64,000 bases of DNA, from assembly GCA_964016885.1 (NCBI GenBank), contig OZ024742.1, positions 212,846,001-212,910,000 of the forward strand, given 5' to 3'. Positions within the stretch are counted from its first letter, which is position 1. The number at the start of each line of letters is the position of its first letter. The notes beneath the pieces are model-generated. The model ran no database searches. It was not told where the DNA came from and was given only the letters and a program-made list of their open reading frames with translations. Below, in pieces: positions 56,051 through 64,000 of the stretch. This stretch comes from Eledone cirrhosa (lineage: Eukaryota). A program made the translations under genes and the position numbers.

Positions 56051-56076
56051 ACTACAGTTTTATATATATATATAGA
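55109..56076 (-). mobile_element. Non-autonomous Helitron
   Basis: Minus strand: A|TCtatatatatataaaactgtagttgtc (same 5' end as 41064) ... cccgtacaacgccgagg...gCTAG|T. The interior appears different from 41064-41961. Confidence 0.8.
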
Positions 56077-57507
56077 TAACGGCAGTGCCAATGAAGGAAA
56101 CCACTTGATAAATTAGGCAGAGGAAGAGAAGGGAAAGTGTCCATGAACCTTACAGACCCTCCTAAACAAGTGAGGTGTCATGTCCAAAGTTCAGCCTGGA
56201 CACCTGAACAAGTCACTGTCTGCATGAAAAACGTGAATAGGAAAGCAATCCTCTGAGTCTTAAAGCTTGGAGTAAATTCCTCTAGCGTTACCCAAAACCA
56301 CACTAAACACGATATACTGTAAACTGTTTTACTTCAATAAGGGGTCTGATTTTGTGTTTTTTTTTTGTTTGGTCAGCAGAGTTATGTGCTTTGCTTCAAA
56401 ATGCCACAAAAATTAAGCCTGTAATAAAAATTTGCATGTAAAATATTTCACAGGAATGTAAAATGCATTTCAAAGTTGCGCAGATATTTTATAGATCTAC
56501 AGGTCTACTTTATGTACAAACAAGGTAAGATTGAGTCAATGGAGATCCTTTATCTGATCAATCTACCTACTCCAAAATGTTTCTAAATTTCCTTTTAATC
56601 ACATTCTATATCTTAAAAGACGGGATGGTTGTGGCTACAAAGGGCTTCATCATATATGCTTAGACGATCATAGCTCAGCTGCGGCCAAACAAAGGCAACA
56701 TCTTCTGTAAAGTCTTTACAGGAATAATTTATTTACAGTTAAATTTACGTTAAGTCTACTTGCTTCATCATAGTTTGTCTGCTGGTTTTGAAAAGGATTG
56801 AATATGCAATTAAAGAAACACTACGAAAACTCACTCTAATTAGTTTTCTGCTTTCATCTATTTCGAGTTCTTTGACTAGATACAGTGTACTTTTAGAGGA
56901 GAGCGGAATACAATTAATTCCATCGGCTTTAGTATATTAGAGGAATTTGCTCTGGAGACTATAGAAGAAGAAAACCAAATACAGAGGATGCAATCAAAAT
57001 TTGTAATCGTAACTGAGAGGAACAAAAGTAAATACTACCCAATTATCTTTTCAATATTTCATTGTTTATCAATTTCTTACTTGATTCTTAACAATTTCTT
57101 TGTTTTCTATGTATCAAATTTTGCGGATAATTGATGACCTGATAAAACATGAATCAAGCGGAGAGAGAGAAAAAAAAAAGCCTAATATACGGCAAAATAT
57201 GAAATATGGAGAATAAATGATATTTTCAAAGCAATTGTTAATGATAACTAGATTATAGACCATGTCCGCCAATTCAAAGAACAGACAACGAAGATTACCG
57301 AATTGATTTACCAACTCAACCGTTACTTTGATCCTCCAACAACTTGGCATAGTACATTGCTGATGTCTGTTTCCATCAACAGAGTTTACTTTTTAAAATG
57401 TAGTTAGAATATTTTTTAAAGCCTCATTCTATAACATAATCAGATGCAGAATAATAAATCGATCGGTTTCTGATTGTACAACAAAATACTTTGATATAAT
57501 TAATTAA

Positions 57508-57580
57508 AAAAGAAAAAGAGTAAAAAAGAGTAAAAAAAGAGTAAAAAAGAGTAAAAAAGAGTAAAAAAGAGTAAAAAAAG
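57508..57580. repeat. 10-bp tandem repeat (aaaaaagagt)n
   Basis: Seen directly, about 6 copies. Confidence 0.85.
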
Positions 57581-58104
57581 ATTGTATTTAATAGTCCATG
57601 CATTTTAATTAGCAAAAGTTAATCTAGTATAGCGGAAATAATAATGAAAAAGGTTTCTCACATAAAAACGATAGTCATTCTCTTTCATTAAACCTTACAT
57701 ATTTTGCTGCAACTAGAAGGATATCCATCATTGCCCGGGAAATAAAACATTAGGATGCTGGCGAGTTTGTTGAATGAGAATCATGGAAATTCAGCATGAA
57801 ATAATTATTTCAAACACATTATTCATATATCTTACAGTGATAACGAGAATGTTATACTTTTTCAATCTGAGCGCCTTTTTTAATAAGTAAATTGTGGTGA
57901 GTCCTTTAGAAGAGGTGGGGTGGGGGTGGGGGTGAGGTTTTGTCGATTCAGTTCCGATTCATAATTGTAACAATTCTTTATAAATTGCCCCACTAAATCA
58001 TTGGCAAACAGTGGGGGGTGGGGGGTGTTAGTCAAATCGGACCAAGGAAATAATGTTTCCATTGCTGGTCTTTCCATTGTTGATACTTTCTACCTGACAG
58101 AAAG

Positions 58105-58222
58105 AGAAAACGTGAAATAAAGTGTCTTACTCAAGGACATAACGCATTACCCGGTCTGGGAATCGAACTCACAACCTCACGATTGCGAATCCAATTCTCT
58201 AATCACTAAGTCTCGCACCATC
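58105..58222 (-). mobile_element. V/CORE-like tRNA SINE head
   Basis: Reverse complement of 6190-6305. A further SINE remnant follows at ~58310-58665. Confidence 0.7.
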
Positions 58223-60119
58223 GCTGTTTTAGAGTTTGCATGACCGGCGACATTAAGTGCAAATATTTTCACAATAGTTCTAGTTCCTCTACTGGAATTG
58301 GTTATTAGTTAGACATCAGAACTCTGTCTACTTCGACGATGAACGTTCGAGTTGTTCCATCAACGGAACAGCCTGATCATGAAACTAACGTGTAAGGGGC
58401 TGAGCATTCCACACACACGTGTAACTAACGTAATTCTCATAGAGATTCAGCGTGACATGACTGGCCCCCTTTCAATTACAGGTTCAGTTCATCTGACAGG
58501 TTTCCAAACGGTTTACATACAATTTCTAAATACCCAATTCCACCCACAAAGCATGGTTCAACCCGAGGCTATGGTAAATGGCACTTGCTAAAGGTGTCAC
58601 ACATGGACTCGAACCTTGGACCTAATGATAGTGAAGCAAACGCCTTAACCATTCAGTCAGGCTGCGTTCCCAAAATCTAAATATACTCTCTTTCCAACTG
58701 CTGTTTCATTGAATATATGGAATGCCAAGTCCACTCAGTCTGCGTCAGCTTCATTAAAAGGTGATGATAACATTGCAGGACGTCGTATATGTAATAAGTT
58801 TATGTGAGTTTTCAAAATACACATTAGACTAGAACTATTTCAAAGGGAAGTAAAAGTGATTGTTGAGCACTCCGATGAAAGTTTGATGTTTATTAGCAAT
58901 TTCCGTCAGCAAATTTGCAAATGCTTTTAAATACTATGGCAGTAAAATGTTTTCTATTGTCATTTCATAGCATATAGAAATGGATCCCTAGCAGGTTAAA
59001 CCACCGTGCATGGGTAAAATAAACGATACACTTGACAATGTAGTTCTTGATTAAAAAAAACTCGCCTTAGTCTAATATTCTGTTGACAGGGAGGTATCAA
59101 AAATTGGAGGCAAGTTCAAATATACCGGGTTACCTTATAGTACTATAACATAGAACATATTTCACACACTTAGCTTTCACAAAGACGGCATTTGGGCCTT
59201 TCCCCATGTATATTAACGGCTTAAAAAGAGTAAAATGAAATTGAAACAGACCACAGACTTGGTTTACTGAATACTTACCCTCATTTTATTATTTTCTTTG
59301 GTGGTGGTTATGGTAGGTGATAGGATATGTCCAGGTGAGGATCTCCTCACCTGGATACATCCGATGTAAGACAAACCGTAACTCAATTATTGCCATCTGA
59401 CAGGTGCAATGTATCCGAACACGGATGAGCCGAACTTCCACTGTCATCGCTTCCATCTTTCTCGCCCTCCAGTCATGCTGTGATACCGTCCTCAAAGTGT
59501 TTTAGTCAATCACATTGGTGGCCTTAGTATTTATTTCAATTTGACACTTATTTTATCGAGTTGTTTCGTTACTGTTTAATTCAAGAACAACTAACTGCTT
59601 TTAATCTGGGCATAGTATTGTGTTAAAAATATAGACACAAATATTTTATAGAGGCTTATTATCTTACAAATTTGCAATGAATGTAGGAACCGATAAATTG
59701 TTATTTATATATCTCAGGCAGTGGGCAGGCAGTAAGATTACAGCATTGAAAAAAACAATTTGTATTATTTTTGTTCTTCATAATCAGTTCTAAACTTTCA
59801 GCTAAAAATCCCATCGGAGTCAATTTTGTATTTCATAATTTAAAATGGGGGAAGAAAAGGGTTGGTAAAATAAATACAAGTTGTTGGTATTGCTGTTTAG
59901 TCCCAGGTAATATTTGATGAAGTAGATCTGTGATATAAGGTGTTTCATCCTTGACCTCCCTTTCTTTTTTTATACCAGGGACGATATTGTCCATTTTATC
60001 CTTCTTTATTGAAGATAGTATGGTGTGGTTTGAGATCGAGATTTGTCTGCTATTTTTAACAAGTTGAGCGACCACGTATAGGTTCCCTCGTTTACTCGAA
60101 TAAGTGCCAGTAATATAAT

Positions 60120-60277
60120 AATTCTTTCTACATTTGGCACAAGGCAAGTATTTTATCGACCCGTAAGAATGAAAGGTAAAAACTAATCTCGGTGGAATTT
60201 GAACTCAGAACTTAAAGGGACGTGACTCTGTGCTGTAAAACATGTTGTCCAACGCTCTACCGATACTGCTAATCCAG
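60120..60277 (-). mobile_element. Meta SINE, internally deleted
   Basis: ggcacaagg...ttttatcgaccc.gtaag.atgaaagg...ggaatttgaactcag...ctctaccgatactgc. Confidence 0.75.
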
Positions 60278-61489
60278 ATAAGGATGTCGGTTCAACGTCT
60301 TCTCAACAAATATGTAACCTCGTATCAATAGAAATACCAATATTTATTTATTTCATGCAGTGGGATAAATATATAAATGTTTCCGGCTTCTCCAATCTTA
60401 GTTTAATGTATCCACCAGTAGAGAAATATCTTTATTCGCACAAGCGTTAATTCGGTAGGGATTATCTCTGTCTAGATTAACATCTATCGATAGAAACTTA
60501 ACTCTATTTACTCCAAGCTTTTGTTCTCGTCTTGAATACAATAGGATGTTATTTGAGGGAGATTTGATTGCTGTTTCATGCAGGTTGAGCAACTTCGTTG
60601 GGTTGAAGGAAGGGACACATTAGATAAATTATTTCTAGATACCCATAAAAAGACGGAATTGTCTCGGTTGGAATGCCTTTCGCCATTCATCTGTTGATCA
60701 AGGTTGAAATAACACTAAACAAATAATCTTTTCAAGTTATATCCAATGTAATGTTTGATCTCAGAATTGCAAGACAAACCAAGCAAAAATCAACCAATGC
60801 TCTCGCCTTTTTATTGCAATTCCTATAAAATGAACCGAGTCAGCGAAAATCAAATAGCTTCGCCGTAGACAAAAATACGGCTTCACGTGGAGATGGTATT
60901 TGAACCGTTGTACCTTGTCCGGCAGTCCGACATTATAAGAAATGCAGCTATCTGTGATTATAATGATGCAACAATAGCTGAATATGACGAACTTTTAGGT
61001 ATGAACTTATTGACCAGATCTTTCTTTCATTCTCTGCTGGAAATGGTTGAGTGAAAGGTAGAAGGAAATAATAATTATGAACGTTCAATGATTATTCGAT
61101 GTAATACATGGTTAAACACAAAACCTTTAACACAAGGAAATTTATGGCGCTAATATACTTTCAAAAACAGAGTTATAAAAGAAAGTAATTTTAGTATAAT
61201 TTTGAATAATTCGATAATTTTGTTATACTTGTTATTGGTATTTCTAAATGTTAACATTTAGATATATAATTATTACATGGAATGTTGCTAAATAACATTT
61301 AATTTTGATCAATTTATTCAATAATTTGAAATATGTCCAGTTAATATTCACAATCCAGAATGTTATTTCAAGATAATTACGATGGAGGAAAAAAAAGTGA
61401 AAGAGACATTTCTTTGTGTTGTTCTAAGCTTCTGTTCCATGATTTGAATAATCAATCGTGTTTTTAACAACTGGAACGTTACAATCTTT

Positions 61490-62330
61490 ACAGGTAAGGA
61501 TCAGTAACTAGAAGAGAAGGTCAGATGTTACCGGCTAGATATAGTCGGGGTTTCCTCAACAGGGTTCCGTGGTTCTGGTACCGTAGATTTGGGTGGACAA
61601 TGGAAACTCCACTATTAAGGTGTAGTGCCAAAAAGATTGCATAGGCGGGTGATGGGATACTCACAAGTTCTCAGCTTTCGGAACGTATTATGGAATGGGA
61701 GTGAGAATTTGCCACTTGAAATATAGGTTGAAAGAAAGGTCTCTGGGGTGGTGCATGTTTATACGCAAAACAGAGTGTCTGAATACAGTTCCTTCCTTGA
61801 GGAAGTCACTGCAGCGTTAGATGTGCTTAAGACTGAGTCATATATCCTAATGTAAGTTTTAATGCGCATGTTAGCGCTGATCACTTAACATGGAAAGGAG
61901 TGATTGGAAGGAACTGTAATCCCCATGTAAACCGGAACGGAGAGGCCTTATTTGACTGTATGAACACCTTTTTCCAGCTCAAAGGTACCCATAAGTATAA
62001 AGGAAATCGGAGACAGAGGTCAGTAAATGATTTTATTATCTTTAATCTCTTGGAGTCTATGCTGGATGTTCGTATTAAGAGATGGGCTGAGCTGTCAACT
62101 GATCACCATCTAGTTATCTGCAACCTGAGACTACCTAAAGTAAAACACACACAAACACACACACACACATACACAAAACCAGTAGGTCCAGCTCGATTTA
62201 CATGATAAAGTAGGAAGCGCTGGCTGATGAGGAGGTCAGGACCAGGTATGCGGATAATATTGCATTGAAATTCAGAAACGTTCCTGAACAAATTGATGAT
62301 GTTGAAATGGGACTGTTCAGATCAGCAGTT
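61490..62330 (+). mobile_element. RTE-clade LINE APE-endonuclease fragment, decayed
   Basis: YRLDIVGVSST...GSGT; YSSFLEEV; FNAHV...TWKGVIGRN; MNTFF; SVNDFI; DVRIKRWAELSTDHHLV. Confidence 0.8.
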
Positions 62331-62392
62331 TCTGCTTCAGATGAAAATTCAGAGTAACAAGACTCAGCACTTTACAACTTTTCGATAATAAA

Positions 62393-62470
<78 letters not shown>

Positions 62471-63845
62471 ATGTTTGTGTGTATACACTAACTACCAAAA
62501 CATGCACTTTGATACCGTTATCAACACCATACACCTAAAATACTTGTACATACTTATAACACAATCTAGATTGTACACACTCAGCCACACATACGTCCAC
62601 ACACACAAACAATCACTGCTGCATCACTATAGAGAAACATTGCCATATCATAGGTCCACTTATCACTTGAAGTCAATGCATCGCAATTAAACGTACACAA
62701 CAGCTCTATTTACTGACTCACACACTCAGCTACCAATACGTCATATACGTCGGTACCAAGTTTGAAAACTCATAATTACACCTGTATACCCCCTCGTCTT
62801 GATGCCACCTCAGATGACGGCGATAGATACCCACCCCTATAATAGTTCCTCTTCCCCACCTTTTATTTAATACCCATCACTCTTCCTTTTCATGTTTTCC
62901 CTTGCTTTGCTTTTTTTCCTATTGTTTCTTTTTATTTTTCCCCAGCTCCATTCTTATTCTATTCGTTTCTTTCTGCTGGAGGACCAATGTCCGAAACGTT
63001 TAGGACTACTAATTTATTTCAATTTATACTTAAGCGTTAAACTAATAACATTCATCGTACTGTGCTCTTCCTGTTTGTTTGTTTTATTGTTTGTGACCTG
63101 TTGTTGACCTTACATTATATACATAATATATGCATTACAAGTCGATATATTTCACTTCGCCCGATCAACGCTCAATGATATACAACATGATTTTGTGTAT
63201 CATGCGATTTTGAAAGGGCTTTGAACAGAGAGGATAGACAATATGTGGAGTTCGGATATAAAATAACAAAACATATCTAGGAAAAGGCATCATATATTTA
63301 CCTAGAGCGTTCGCGGTTTCTATTGCACAAGCTGCGACATGTTAGAAAATATTTAACTGCACATTTACAGTAATTGCAAAAGCAAATGGGACATGGGGTG
63401 AAGTTGTGTGAGCAGATAATTGTTACAGGGGTAGTATATTCTAATCTTGCTAGTGTGAAGTTCCGCTACTACTGAAATAGTTTATTAGACGGGGTTGCTA
63501 TGTTCCTATGTTACTTAATGGAAGGTAAACAGTTTCTATACAATTCTTTTCAGTTTGAATAAATATAACAAATTCAAATTTCAACATTCGATTAATTTCG
63601 AAAAGAATCTAAAATTAGACATGAATACGATTTGGAGATTTATCGAAGCCATAGCCGCAGGAAAGCAACACGGGTTGATATCTCTGATTTACTTTGATCA
63701 ACACGAAATGAATTACTCCAGAGTGGCAGTTACTTATTCGATTTAGAAAGAGTTTTGAATAGAATGCATAGACAGCGTAGGGACTTCGGACCAAAGATAA
63801 CAAGAAATACCCAGGAAAAAAAAAATTATACATAGAAATATCTAC

Positions 63846-63930
63846 TATTATCAAATTTATACATAGATATACTTATTGTTATCAAAATCAATACATAAAA
63901 ATATTTATCTTTTATTATTATCTAGACCAT
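63846..63930 (+). mobile_element. Fragment of the 3515-5260 PLE family 3' UTR
   Basis: Matches 4092-4178 and is interrupted by the SINE at 63931. Confidence 0.7.
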
Positions 63931-64000
63931 AGGCGATGGATTGGCAGTATTGGTAGAGGGTCGGACGCCATGCTTTGACGCATAGAGTTACGGCCCTTGC
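63931..64000 (+). mobile_element. Meta SINE 5' end (runs off the window)
   Basis: ggcgatggattggcagtattggtagagggtcggacgccatgc. Confidence 0.85.

Noticed and set aside
60643-60690. Possible 48-bp minus-strand coding exon (cag|..EWRKAFQPRQFRLFM|gt)
   Set aside because: The donor is weak, I recognise no homology and found no partner exons; it cannot be supported without RNA-seq.

Overview
AT-rich animal genomic DNA with no host protein-coding gene I can support. The long (TA)n/(CA)n tracts, tRNA-derived Meta- and V-domain SINEs and a divergent 28S fragment suggest a cephalopod such as Octopus; this is inference. The window is a graveyard of mobile elements dominated by Penelope-like elements (PLEs). 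It holds two decayed near-full-length Naiad-type PLEs (1-3.3 kb, 16.7-20.4 kb), a truncated third (3.5-5.3 kb), a Neptune-type PLE (28.4-32.2 kb, minus strand) and many short non-coding PLE-type units inserted in (TA)n tracts, often as fold-back palindromes. By eye I find about 20 type I hammerhead ribozyme (HHR) motifs from about 8 families, including U3-A8 core variants, very long stem II domains and retrozyme-like tandem units. The most striking item is at 47.8-48.15 kb: a 28S rRNA fragment fused to a PLE-type 3' tail at the predicted HHR cleavage site, with the junction copied into the inverted arm. This points to ribozyme-cleavage-linked capture and retroposition of a cellular RNA. Also present are Tx1-like LINE ends in (TATC)n, CRE-like and RTE fragments, non-autonomous Helitrons (one tandem pair, one with an internal empty-site control) and Tc1/mariner and hAT-type MITEs. 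All RNA folds and alignments were done by eye, and boundaries of degraded elements are approximate.
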